Below are positions 8,457 to 17,146 of a stretch of DNA of 64,000 nt, in pieces (the first letter of the stretch is position 1; every line of letters starts with the position of its first letter). The DNA lies in contig CAVWSQ010000001.1 of NCBI GenBank assembly GCA_963757655.1, positions 742,897 to 806,896 on the forward strand, written 5' to 3'. The notes under the pieces were generated by a model that searched no databases, was not told the DNA's origin, and worked only from the letters and a program-made list of their open reading frames with translations. The position numbers and the translations under genes are program-made. This stretch comes from an uncultured Acidobacteriota bacterium (GTDB lineage Bacteria > Acidobacteriota > Vicinamibacteria > Vicinamibacterales > CAVVIG01).

Positions 8457-10211
8457 CTACTGCGTCAGCCGGCCGGCGCGCGGCCCCTTGTTGTCGCGCA
8501 CCGGCGCGTGATCCAGGTCCGCGAGCCGCCGTCCGGTCTCGTAGACCATCTGCGTGATACGCGTCATCTTGTCGAACTCGATCTTCGATACCTCGTCCGT
8601 GTTGGCGTGATAGTCGGGATGCAGCCCGGTCGTGAAGAAGATGATCGGCACGCCCTTGGCGGCGTAGCTGTAATGATCACTGCGGTAGTAGAGCTGCTCG
8701 AGGTCGGCCGGGTCGTTGAACTCGTAGTTGAGGGTCAGTGGCCTGGGCATGGCCGCATTCGCCGCGCCATTGAGCGCGTGCAGCTCGCTGCTGATCCGAT
8801 CCGAGCCGACCAGGTACACAGTGTTCGCTTCGCTCGCCTTGTTGTCGCGATTGCGCCCGATCATGTCGATGTTCAGCTGCGCGACGATGGAGTCCATCGG
8901 CACGGTCGGGTAGTCGGCGAAGTATCGCGATCCCCACAGCCCGCGCTCTTCGCCGGCATGCCACACGAAGAGCAGCGAGCGCTTCGGCTTCGGGCCCTCG
9001 GCAAAGGCCTTGGCCAACGCCATGATCGCGACGGTCCCCGATCCGTCGTCGTCCGCGCCGTTCCAGATGCGATCGTCTTCTGCGCCGGACGTCACGCGTC
9101 CGGGAGCCCCGGCGCGGCGGACGCCGGTGTCCCGTGTGACCTCGCCTTCGGCGTACCCGACGTGATCGTAGTGGGCGCCGAACGCAACGTAGCTGTTCTT
9201 CAGGTGCGGATCGGCGCCTTCGATGACCGCCACGACGTTCTTGGTGAGCTGCGTCCGGACGACCTGGTAGTCCGCATCGACGTTGAAGGTCATCGTCGCG
9301 CCGGCGACGCGGAACGACGGCAGCTCCTCCTGCGCCGCCGCCCGCCGTTTCAACTCGTCGTACTGGATCGGTGCGTGACTGAAGAGAAACGTGAAGAACG
9401 CGTCGTTGGCGCTCACGTTTGGCGGCAATGGCGCGTCGAGCCGTTGCACGGTGGTGAAGTCGGCCGCCGGCAGTGGAACCCCGCGCCCGCCACCTCCCCT
9501 TCCCGTTTCTCCCGGCGGTCGCACCGTTCCCGCCTGTCCCGCCGGTCCTGCCGCTCCGGCCCGTCCAGCCGCTCCGGCCTGGCCAGCCCGTCCCGCCTCG
9601 GACATCGGGCCGATGCTCGCCGCGGCCCCGAGTTGTTCGGTTGCATACCGATTCCGACCGCTGAGCACCCGGCGGAACACGGACCGGTCCATGTCTTTGG
9701 GACCGTTCGCCCCCAGCCAGACCACCGCGGCGCCTTTCACGTCCTTGCCGCGGAAATCGACGTGGCTGGCGCCAGGCGCGTCGAGGCCGTAGCCGGCAAA
9801 CTCCACGCGATCGACGGTGAACCGCCGCGCGCCGCCCATGTTTCTCGGAAAGGCGATCGCATCGCCGTCAGCGAACGTGCGAGTCTCGCCATTGACAGTC
9901 ACACTGACAGTGGATCGAGAGGTCGTCTTGACGCCGAGGACGCGCACGGTCTGAAGATACGATCCGTGATCGCCCGCCGGTCTGACGCCCCACGCGTGCA
10001 GATGGTCCGAGATATAGCCGGCCGCCAGTCCGAAACCGGTCGTGAAAACCGCCCGCCCTTCGAGTTCGTCGGAGGAGATATAGGTCAGCCATTCCCGAAG
10101 CTCGGACGTCGTGATCGCTCCGACGCCGACGCTGGCGGCGGCCGTTCCCACCACAGCGACGATGACGAAGGTTGCCGCCCACCCCCGAAGGCCCCGGCGA
10201 CGACGGTCCAT
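8457..10211 (-). CDS. M28 family metallopeptidase (aminopeptidase) with PA-like domain and Gly-X-Ala repeat insert
   Basis: Start at MDRRRRGLRGWAATFVIVAVVG (ATG 10211). Motifs FGAHYDHVGY, NGADDDGSGT, WHAGEERGLWGSRYF, TTGLHPDYHANTD. Confidence 0.85.
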   Translation of the reverse strand: MDRRRRGLRGWAATFVIVAVVGTAAASVGVGAITTSELREWLTYISSDELEGRAVFTTGFGLAAGYISDHLHAWGVRPAGDHGSYLQTVRVLGVKTTSRSTVSVTVNGETRTFADGDAIAFPRNMGGARRFTVDRVEFAGYGLDAPGASHVDFRGKDVKGAAVVWLGANGPKDMDRSVFRRVLSGRNRYATEQLGAAASIGPMSEAGRAGQAGAAGRAGAAGPAGQAGTVRPPGETGRGGGGRGVPLPAADFTTVQRLDAPLPPNVSANDAFFTFLFSHAPIQYDELKRRAAAQEELPSFRVAGATMTFNVDADYQVVRTQLTKNVVAVIEGADPHLKNSYVAFGAHYDHVGYAEGEVTRDTGVRRAGAPGRVTSGAEDDRIWNGADDDGSGTVAIMALAKAFAEGPKPKRSLLFVWHAGEERGLWGSRYFADYPTVPMDSIVAQLNIDMIGRNRDNKASEANTVYLVGSDRISSELHALNGAANAAMPRPLTLNYEFNDPADLEQLYYRSDHYSYAAKGVPIIFFTTGLHPDYHANTDEVSKIEFDKMTRITQMVYETGRRLADLDHAPVRDNKGPRAGRLTQ

Positions 10212-10373
10212 GCATCCCCCTTGGCTAAACCCGGTCAAGGGCTTTACTATAGCCTCCGCTTGCACCATGATGGGAGTTCAGGTAAGGTTTTTCCCACTGA
10301 CACCGGCTGCCAGCGTGTGCCCCTGCCACCCCGCGCTCTCTCGCCCCTTCTTCCCATATTAGGAGACAGTTGA

Positions 10374-10991
10374 TTGGCCGTTCGTCTGTTCGTTGGTAAT
10401 CTCGCCTACAGCACTACCGAAGCCGACCTGCGCAGCTACTTCGGCGCGGTCGCGCCGCCCTCTCAGGTCGTGCTGCCGGTCGATCGGGAAACCGGTCGGC
10501 CGCGAGGATTCGCATTCGTCGAGTTCATCGATCGCGCTCACGCCGAACAAGCGATTCAACGCTTCAACGGACAGCCATACAACGGACGGCCGCTCGCAGT
10601 CAGCGAGGCGCGCGCCCGCGAGGATCGCGGTCCGGGAGGACCGCGGCCGGGCGGCTACTCGTCGGGGCCGAGACCGGCCGGCGCAGGATTCACGCCCAGG
10701 CCGGGTGGCGGCTTCGGTGCGCCGCGGCCATTCGACTCGGGAGGCGGCGCGCCCACCGGTGCGGCGGCCCGCAGCCGGAACTTCGGCCCCGATGCCAAAC
10801 CGCAACGCGGCGGCAATGCCAAAGGCAAGAAGAAGGGCGACGACAAGCCGCGCGGACCGATCCCGATGAAGAACACCGGCCGCTCCTTCAGCCTCGACGA
10901 CGTCGACGCGCCGGACGACGAGATGCCGGAAATCGACGACGTCGCCACGAGCAAACCATCGGACGAACTCGACAAAGACGACGATAACTGA
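10374..10991 (+). CDS. RRM-domain RNA-binding protein with long RG/Gly-rich and acidic C-terminal tail
   Basis: TTG start with AGGAGA SD. RNP motifs LFVGNLAY (RNP2) and RGFAFVEF (RNP1). About 120-aa tail of RPGG/RGG repeats ending DDVATSKPSDELDKDDDN. Confidence 0.85.
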   Translation: MAVRLFVGNLAYSTTEADLRSYFGAVAPPSQVVLPVDRETGRPRGFAFVEFIDRAHAEQAIQRFNGQPYNGRPLAVSEARAREDRGPGGPRPGGYSSGPRPAGAGFTPRPGGGFGAPRPFDSGGGAPTGAAARSRNFGPDAKPQRGGNAKGKKKGDDKPRGPIPMKNTGRSFSLDDVDAPDDEMPEIDDVATSKPSDELDKDDDN

Positions 10992-11184
10992 GGCGGTCAG
11001 CAGGACGCCACGTCATCGACTCACCAATGTGAACCGCCTCCGCCAGTGGCCTGTCTTCGCGGCACCCTATCGAGCAGGTCGACGGGTTTCCACGCGCGCC
11101 CGTAGGCGTGAGATGTTCCGCGCAAAGGAATTCCTCTAAAGTGAAAAGCGGCGATACCGATGGCACCCTGGCGACTCGCGAGCG

Positions 11185-11973
11185 CTACGGTTTCCAGCGT
11201 GTGCGGGTGACCATCAGCGCGATACCGCCGCCGGGAAGCGCGACGGGGGAAAATGCCCAATAGTCGGCCTGGTGATGGACGACGGTCCGGCCGGCGATCG
11301 ATCCGACGGCCGCGCCGAAAATAACATCGCTCAGGTAGTGACGGTTGTCGTGGATGCGCGACATCGCCACGTACGAGGCGATCGCGTAACCGAGCAGCGA
11401 TTTTCGCCAGCCCAGATGCCGCTCGATGACGGTCGCCGTGGCAAAGGTTACCGACGCGTGACCGGACGGAAAGGACTGATGATTGCTGCCGTCCGGGCGC
11501 TCCCGATGCACCGCGAACTTGAGTGGCTCAACCAGGAGTTCGCTGAGGATCTGCGCCTGCAGGAGATCCATGCCGAGGTGGGCGACTTTCGGCTGATCGC
11601 GCAGTCGGCCGACCGCGTAGGTCGCGAGCGAGAAGGCGATTTGCTCCGGCGTGTCGCCGAGATACTTGCCAGGGGCGAAGATCGTATTCACCGTATCGTA
11701 GTGACTCAACAGTCGGGCGTTGAACGATTGGTCCGCGGGATGCGCCGCCAGTGCGAGCCCGCCGCCGATCGCCGCCACGTAGACGTTCTGCATCTCGGGC
11801 AGATGCTTGATGTCCTCGCCGAGATTGCCGAGCAGGGCTCGGATTCCGGTGTGGACTGGCGTCGGCGGTTCCTTCGCCTGAGCTTTCTGATCCTGAGGAT
11901 CCGGCTGGGCAGTATGCTCCTCTTGAGGCGGGCCAGAGAGCGCGAGCGCGAGCGCCGCAGTCAGCAGCAACAT
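11185..11973 (-). CDS. PAP2 (type 2 phosphatidic acid phosphatase) family protein
   Basis: All three PAP2 motifs are present: KFAVHRERP, FPSGHAS, SRIHDNRHYLSD. Confidence 0.85.
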   Translation of the reverse strand: MLLLTAALALALSGPPQEEHTAQPDPQDQKAQAKEPPTPVHTGIRALLGNLGEDIKHLPEMQNVYVAAIGGGLALAAHPADQSFNARLLSHYDTVNTIFAPGKYLGDTPEQIAFSLATYAVGRLRDQPKVAHLGMDLLQAQILSELLVEPLKFAVHRERPDGSNHQSFPSGHASVTFATATVIERHLGWRKSLLGYAIASYVAMSRIHDNRHYLSDVIFGAAVGSIAGRTVVHHQADYWAFSPVALPGGGIALMVTRTRWKP

Positions 11974-12001
11974 CGCCAGTATCTACCCAAGAAGGGTGCC
12001 A

Positions 12002-12259
12002 ATGAACGCCTGGGAACAGATTCTCGAGAAAATACGAGCGCGAATGCCGGCCGAGGATTTCAGGCGCTGGTTTGGCGGGACCAGCTACGCCAGCGACTCA
12101 GGGGATCAGCTCACGGTGTGGGTGCCCACTGAAGCGGTGCGCCGCCATATCGTCACGCACTATGAGAATGCCATCGAGCGTGAGCTCGCGGCGACCGGCC
12201 GTGCGTTCACGCACGTGCGCCTGGTCGTCAGCGGCACCGACGAAGACGACGAGGAGTAA
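12002..12259 (+). CDS. DnaA N-terminal (domain I)-like stand-alone protein
   Basis: MNAWEQILEKIRARMPAEDFRRWFGGTSYASDSGDQLTVWVPTEAVRRHIVTHYENAIE resembles DnaA domain I (W..il..l......f..wi..l......l.l.vp..f....i...y). No AAA+ domain follows; it ends in an acidic tail. GTG 11996 is an alternative start. Confidence 0.6.
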   Translation: MNAWEQILEKIRARMPAEDFRRWFGGTSYASDSGDQLTVWVPTEAVRRHIVTHYENAIERELAATGRAFTHVRLVVSGTDEDDEE

Positions 12260-12282
12260 GGACCGGATCGGCCGGCTCGACC

Positions 12283-12945
12283 TCAGCGCGGGTCGGCGTC
12301 GTAGACCTGCGTGATCGTCCGCGGCTGGCCCGATCGCCCCCCTTCCATCACCACAGTCAGTCGCAGCTGCTTGCGTTCCGGATCGACGGCGAAGGTCTGG
12401 GTCATCTTGCCGCGTCCGAGACCGTTGATCTCGCTGACTAGCTTGCCGCCGTCCCATTTGGTCTTTCGCTCGATCTTGGTGTTCTCGTCCTTGATTTTCT
12501 TGCCGTCTGGCGAAAGCCGCGTCGTGCGTCCGTCGGCCGCGGTGAGCACCACCATCGACTCGGTCTGCGTGATGACCAAATGATCCGACGGGTTCGTGAT
12601 GTCGCGCATCGCGTCTCGCATCCGCGCCATGTCCTCCGGGTTCATCGCGGGCGCGCCGCCACCACGTCCCATCCCGCCGCCGCGGCCGAAACCGCCGCCG
12701 CCGAAACCACCGCCGCCGAATCCGCCCCCGCCGCCGCGACGCCGGCCGCCGCCGCTGCCGCGACCCTGGGGACTGTCGTCGCCGCCCCGCTGGCCGGATC
12801 CCGCGGGGGCGTCGCTGAGATCCGCGTTGCGCGTCCAGCCACCGGCGAGCGATGGGGCGGCCGCGGACGCCTTCTCTTGTGCAGCGAGGGGATCGGGAAT
12901 CGTCGTGAGCGTCGCCATGATGATGAGGGAGAGCAAGCTTCGCAT
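12283..12945 (-). CDS. Secreted Gly-rich hypothetical protein
   Basis: Start at MRSLLSLIIMATLTTIPDPLAAQ (ATG 12945). Contains a GGGGGFGGGGFGGGGFGRGGGMGRGGG tract and then a beta-rich C-terminal domain. Confidence 0.6.
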   Translation of the reverse strand: MRSLLSLIIMATLTTIPDPLAAQEKASAAAPSLAGGWTRNADLSDAPAGSGQRGGDDSPQGRGSGGGRRRGGGGGFGGGGFGGGGFGRGGGMGRGGGAPAMNPEDMARMRDAMRDITNPSDHLVITQTESMVVLTAADGRTTRLSPDGKKIKDENTKIERKTKWDGGKLVSEINGLGRGKMTQTFAVDPERKQLRLTVVMEGGRSGQPRTITQVYDADPR

Positions 12946-13011
12946 GGCTCGATTATGCGAAGCACTGAGAGGGTGGGAACGTGAAAAGAGTGTGACAGGC
13001 GGGACGGGGCG

Positions 13012-13039
13012 GATTGCAGATTGCGGATTGCAGATTACG
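13012..13039. repeat. Heptanucleotide tandem array (GATTGCA)x4
   Basis: gattgca gattgcg gattgca gattacg read directly. Lies in the divergent intergenic region, 19 nt upstream of the kinase GTG start. Same unit as the array at 28477-28540. Confidence 0.9.
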
Positions 13040-13058
13040 ATGTTCTTACGAGCAGCGC

Positions 13059-14630
13059 GTGACCTGGTACCGCAGCCTCTATTGGCGCATCGCCCTCGGC
13101 GTGATCGGCTTTCTCGCCGCGATGCTGATCGTCCAGGCCATGCTCTTCGTGTGGGCGGTGTCGCAGTCGGGGCGATCGCTGCCCGGGCAGTCACCGGCGC
13201 GGTTCGGGCTCACGATCGCGCTCGATCTCTCGAGCGCGCTCGAGCGCGATCCTCAGATTGATCTTGCACGCTACGTGCGCGATCAGTACGCACAGTACAC
13301 GCATCCGTTCTTCGTGATGCTTGCCGACGGCAAGGTGATCACGAGCGGGAGCTCGACCGTCGCCGATCCGCTGCTCGCCATGGCCCGGATGATGCTCGTG
13401 CGCTGGACCGAGCGCCCGCCGGGCCGCCGCGGCGAGCGCGGGGACGGTCCCCGGTTCGAGCGGCCATTTGCGGGTCCACCCGCTGGCGTCGAAGGCCCGG
13501 GCCGCGGCGGAGCCCCGCCCGGCTTCCCCTTCGACCGCGGTCGCGAACGCTTCGCCCGCCCCTCACCGATCATGGTCTCGGGCCGCCTCGCCGGCGTCGT
13601 TGTCGTACCGCCGCAGGCGCCGTTTGGATTTCTGCTGGGCCGTTTCGCTCCGATGCTCGCGCTGGTTGCGGCCGGCGTGCTGATTGTGGGGACCGTGCTG
13701 ACGTCGGCCATGATCTTCGGGCCGGCTCGGCGGCGACTCCGTTCGCTGGAGACGGCGGCGCGCAGCCTCGGCGCCGGGGACCTGACGGCGCGCGCGCCCG
13801 AGCGCGGCGGCGACGAGATTGCCGCCGTCGCGAGCGCGTTCAACGCGATGGCCGGCGATCTGTCCGCCCGGGCCGAAGCGCTCGCGGCCTCCGATCGCGT
13901 CCGCCGGCAGCTGCTCGCCGATGTGTCGCACGAGCTGACCACCCCGGTAACCGCGATGCGCGGCTACCTCGAGACGCTGACCATGCCCGAGCTATCGCTC
14001 GACGAGGAGACGCGGGCCCGGTATCTGACCATCATCAGCGACGAAACCCATCGTCTCGAGCGCTTGATCGGCGAGCTGCTCGACCTGGCGCGCCTCGACG
14101 GCGGCGGCGGGTCGCTGCGCATCGACCGCGTGCCGGTCGCGGACCTGTTCGATCGTGTCACCGCCCGCCATGAGCACGCGGCGCAGTCGGCCGGAGTGGT
14201 GCTCGCCACGTCGATCGAACCGGGCGCTGTACACGTGCAGGGCGACCGCGATCGGCTCGAGCAGGCGTTGCAGAACCTGGCCGCCAACGCGATCCGGTAT
14301 TCGCCCCGCGGCGGCACGCTCCGCCTGACGGCCAGGGCGGTCGGCGGTGCCGTGGCCATGTCGGTCGAGGATGAGGGAGTGGAAGGGATCGCGGCGGAGC
14401 ACCTGCCGCACATCTTCGATCGCTTCTACAAGGCGGACGCGTCGCGCGCCGGGGTCAAAGGCGGCAGCGGACTCGGATTGTCGATTGTCAAGGCGATTGT
14501 CGAGCGCCATGGCGGCACGATATCCGTCACGAGCGTTCCGGGTCGTACCGTATTCGAGGTCGTATTGCCGAGGGAAGCGTCCGTTCCTTCCACTGCGTCC
14601 GCGCAAACGCCTGGCGGGAACGGTCCGTGA
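13059..14630 (+). CDS. Sensor histidine kinase (TM-HAMP-HisKA-HATPase), no adjacent response regulator
   Basis: H-box LLADVSHELTTPVTAMRGY, N box LQNLAANAIRYSP, G boxes GGSGLGLSIVKAIVERHGG. Start set at GTG 13059 (VTWYRSLYWRIALGVIGF TM helix); TTG 13014 would translate the heptamer array. Confidence 0.85.
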   Translation: MTWYRSLYWRIALGVIGFLAAMLIVQAMLFVWAVSQSGRSLPGQSPARFGLTIALDLSSALERDPQIDLARYVRDQYAQYTHPFFVMLADGKVITSGSSTVADPLLAMARMMLVRWTERPPGRRGERGDGPRFERPFAGPPAGVEGPGRGGAPPGFPFDRGRERFARPSPIMVSGRLAGVVVVPPQAPFGFLLGRFAPMLALVAAGVLIVGTVLTSAMIFGPARRRLRSLETAARSLGAGDLTARAPERGGDEIAAVASAFNAMAGDLSARAEALAASDRVRRQLLADVSHELTTPVTAMRGYLETLTMPELSLDEETRARYLTIISDETHRLERLIGELLDLARLDGGGGSLRIDRVPVADLFDRVTARHEHAAQSAGVVLATSIEPGAVHVQGDRDRLEQALQNLAANAIRYSPRGGTLRLTARAVGGAVAMSVEDEGVEGIAAEHLPHIFDRFYKADASRAGVKGGSGLGLSIVKAIVERHGGTISVTSVPGRTVFEVVLPREASVPSTASAQTPGGNGP

Positions 14631-14642
14631 AGAGGCCGCCCG

Positions 14643-14804
14643 TTACGCCGCCGTCTGTGACTGTTCCGGTTCCCGCTTGGGCTCGGCCTGGGCACGAATC
14701 TGCTCGCGCAGCCAGACGACAGGCTCAGGCTGACGGGCCACAAACGCCTGCCACTCGGCTTCCGAGAGGGTGACGGAGATGACGCGCTCGCGCTCGTTGC
14801 TCAT
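14643..14804 (-). CDS. Hypothetical 53-aa protein (possible ribbon-helix-helix-like), not in ORF track
   Basis: ATG 14804 to TAA 14643: MSNERERVISVTLSEAEWQAFVARQPEPVVWLREQIRAQAEPKREPEQSQTAA. GC-rich third positions. TATTCT hexamer 7 nt upstream; no SD. Confidence 0.35.
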   Translation of the reverse strand: MSNERERVISVTLSEAEWQAFVARQPEPVVWLREQIRAQAEPKREPEQSQTAA

Positions 14805-14880
14805 GCGCTACAGAATACGCACCCGCGACGTACTCCGAAAATAGAATGATCTGATAGAACCCATCTGAATTGTCGATGGA

Positions 14881-15810
14881 TTATCCGACGACGCCGTCGC
14901 CGCGGCCCCGCGGCGCGAGGCGCAGCTTGTCACGGATCGATCCAAAGGCCAGCAACAGCTCATCCACGATCCGGGGCACCCGGTTGGCCCTCGCGTAGAC
15001 CCACCCGGTTTCGCGCACCAGAGCGTGGTTCTCAATCCGCACGCAGAAAAGCTGGCCGGCCTTCACTTCGCGAGCGACAGACTGATACGGCACGATGCCG
15101 ACGCCAAGGCCGGTCTTGACCATGGCCTTGATGATCTCCACGTTCTCGGTATCCATGACGATGGTCGGCTCGATGTTCTGGGAGGCAAAGAAGTTGTCGA
15201 TGACCCTTCGGGTGGCCGAACCGACCTCGAACAGCACGAACGGCAGGCCCGCCAGGTCGCGCGCCTGAACTTTGCGGCGCTTGGCCAGGTGATGGGTGGG
15301 GGCGGCGATGAGCAGCAGCTCCTCGCGCAGCGCCGGCACCGTCACCAGATCGTTCTCCTCGACTGGCAGCGTCAGGAGCCCGGCGTCGACGCGGCCGCCG
15401 CGAATCTCCTGGACGGACCGCCCCGCCAGTGCCACCGTCAGCCGCACATCCAACTGCGGATGGACCCGGCGCAGATGCTTGAGCAGCGGCGGAAAGACGT
15501 AGAGACAGACGGTCATCCCACCCGAGAGCCGCAGGGTGCCGCGCAGCTCCCGCGTCCGGTCGGTAATCGAACCGACGGTCTCGCGGACGTCGAGGAAGAC
15601 ACGCTGACCGAGCTGCACGAGGCTCTCAGCGGCCGGCGTCATCCGCACCTGACGGCCGACCCGCAGAAACAGGGGCTCGCCGAGCTCCTCCTCGAGGAGC
15701 AGTATCTGTCGGCTGATCGCCGACTGCGACACGTGCAGCTTCCTGCCGCACGCAGTGAAGGAGCCCGTTTCAGCGATGGCCTGAAGGATTTCGAGCTGCC
15801 GGAGATCCAT
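14881..15810 (-). CDS. LysR family transcriptional regulator
   Basis: N-terminal HTH MDLRQLEILQAIAETGSFTACGRKLHVSQSAISRQILLLEEELG plus a LysR substrate-binding domain. Confidence 0.9.
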   Translation of the reverse strand: MDLRQLEILQAIAETGSFTACGRKLHVSQSAISRQILLLEEELGEPLFLRVGRQVRMTPAAESLVQLGQRVFLDVRETVGSITDRTRELRGTLRLSGGMTVCLYVFPPLLKHLRRVHPQLDVRLTVALAGRSVQEIRGGRVDAGLLTLPVEENDLVTVPALREELLLIAAPTHHLAKRRKVQARDLAGLPFVLFEVGSATRRVIDNFFASQNIEPTIVMDTENVEIIKAMVKTGLGVGIVPYQSVAREVKAGQLFCVRIENHALVRETGWVYARANRVPRIVDELLLAFGSIRDKLRLAPRGRGDGVVG

Positions 15811-15829
15811 GGGGTGAGGATGACTGAGC

Positions 15830-17080
15830 CTAGTGACGAGCCTTTCTGAAGCTGACGCCCTTGGCTTCAGGGCCCAGCCATGTGACCAGGAAGCCGGTCA
15901 CGAACACGAGCGACACCAGCCCTCCCATCGCCTGGGTATAGCTGAACCGCTCGCCGAGCGCGGCCTCGACGTACGGGATGCTGGCCGCAAACATCACGCC
16001 CAGCTGATAGGCAAACCCCGGAAAGAAGCCGCGCAGGTGGTTCGGCGACAGCTCGTTGATGTGCGCGGGAATCACGCCCCACGCGCCCTGCACGAAGAAC
16101 TGCATCAGGAAGACGCCGATCAGAATCCGCCAGGGGCTGGCGCCGGCAATCCAGAACGGCACGACCACCAGCGCGCACACGATGGCGATCATCATCGCTT
16201 TGCGTCGCCCGGCCAGGTCCGAGTAATAGCCGAAGACGAGGCCGCCGAGAATCGCGCCGATTCCCGCCAGCACCGTGATGTCCGCGATGCGTGTCTTGGC
16301 GTAGCCCACGCTCGACAGTAGCGTCGGGTACATGTCCTGCGTACCGTGCGACATGAAGTTCATCATGGTCATCAGCAGGACGAGATAGACGAAGCGCCGC
16401 CAGTGCCCCGGCAGCGAGCGGCGATAGCTGGCCCAGTCGGTCCGATGCTCGTGCCAGGCATCGGACTCCTTCACGTTGGCGCGGATGAACAACGACAGCA
16501 GCGCCGGCAATCCGCCAAGGAAGAACATCAGGCGCCAGCCGTTGCCGGGGTACATGGTGTTGAACGCGGGATAGACCAGACGGAACGCGAGCGCGGCCAG
16601 CAGGCTGCCCAGGGCGTAGCCTTCCTGCAGCAGGCCCGACAGCAGACCGCGCAGCCGGGGAGACGCCGACTCGAGCGCCAGCGACGCGCCGACGCCCCAC
16701 TCGCCGCCCATCCCGATGCCGAACAGCATGCGCAGCAGCAGGAACGTCTGGTAGCTCGGCGCCAGCCCGGACAGGACCGAGATCACCGCATAGAAGATGA
16801 CGTTGAGCATCAGCGGCAGCCGGCGGCCGAAGCGATCCGCCATGATGCCGAACAGGATGGCGCCAATCGGACGGGTGGCCAGCGCCACGGTCAGGGTGAA
16901 GGCGATATCCGGGCGGGTGCGACCGAACGATCGGGCGATGTCGTCGATGACCAGCGTCAGGATGAAGAAGTCGAACGCGTCGAGAGTCCATCCGAGAAAA
17001 CCGGCGAGCACCGCGTTGCGTTGGTTTCTGCGCTCTGCCACCGACATCGTATGCGCGGCATCTCCCAGGCGAGTAGACAT
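15830..17080 (-). CDS. MFS transporter (organic acid/sialate-type)
   Basis: FLGWTLDAFDFFIL, GIMADRFGRRLPL, MLFGIGMGGEWG motifs. 12-TM pattern. Confidence 0.85.
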   Translation of the reverse strand: MSTRLGDAAHTMSVAERRNQRNAVLAGFLGWTLDAFDFFILTLVIDDIARSFGRTRPDIAFTLTVALATRPIGAILFGIMADRFGRRLPLMLNVIFYAVISVLSGLAPSYQTFLLLRMLFGIGMGGEWGVGASLALESASPRLRGLLSGLLQEGYALGSLLAALAFRLVYPAFNTMYPGNGWRLMFFLGGLPALLSLFIRANVKESDAWHEHRTDWASYRRSLPGHWRRFVYLVLLMTMMNFMSHGTQDMYPTLLSSVGYAKTRIADITVLAGIGAILGGLVFGYYSDLAGRRKAMMIAIVCALVVVPFWIAGASPWRILIGVFLMQFFVQGAWGVIPAHINELSPNHLRGFFPGFAYQLGVMFAASIPYVEAALGERFSYTQAMGGLVSLVFVTGFLVTWLGPEAKGVSFRKARH

Positions 17081-17146
17081 GTTGGCGGAATGTAGAAAAG
17101 GTTCGGGGTTCCGGGAATCCAGCGACCAGCGATTCAGTATCTTAAG

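Noticed and set aside
8367-10373. 668-aa ORF on the plus strand
   Set aside because: It is antisense to the well-supported M28 peptidase gene. The translation is Arg/Ala/Gly/Pro-rich with no motifs. This is a typical shadow ORF of very GC-rich DNA.
12640-12790. GC-rich triplet-like repeats (ccgccgccg...) as non-coding repeat DNA; similar repeats at 58850-59020
   Set aside because: They encode the Gly-rich GGFGGGG tracts of the secreted protein and of the TPM protein tail. This is coding low complexity, not an independent element.
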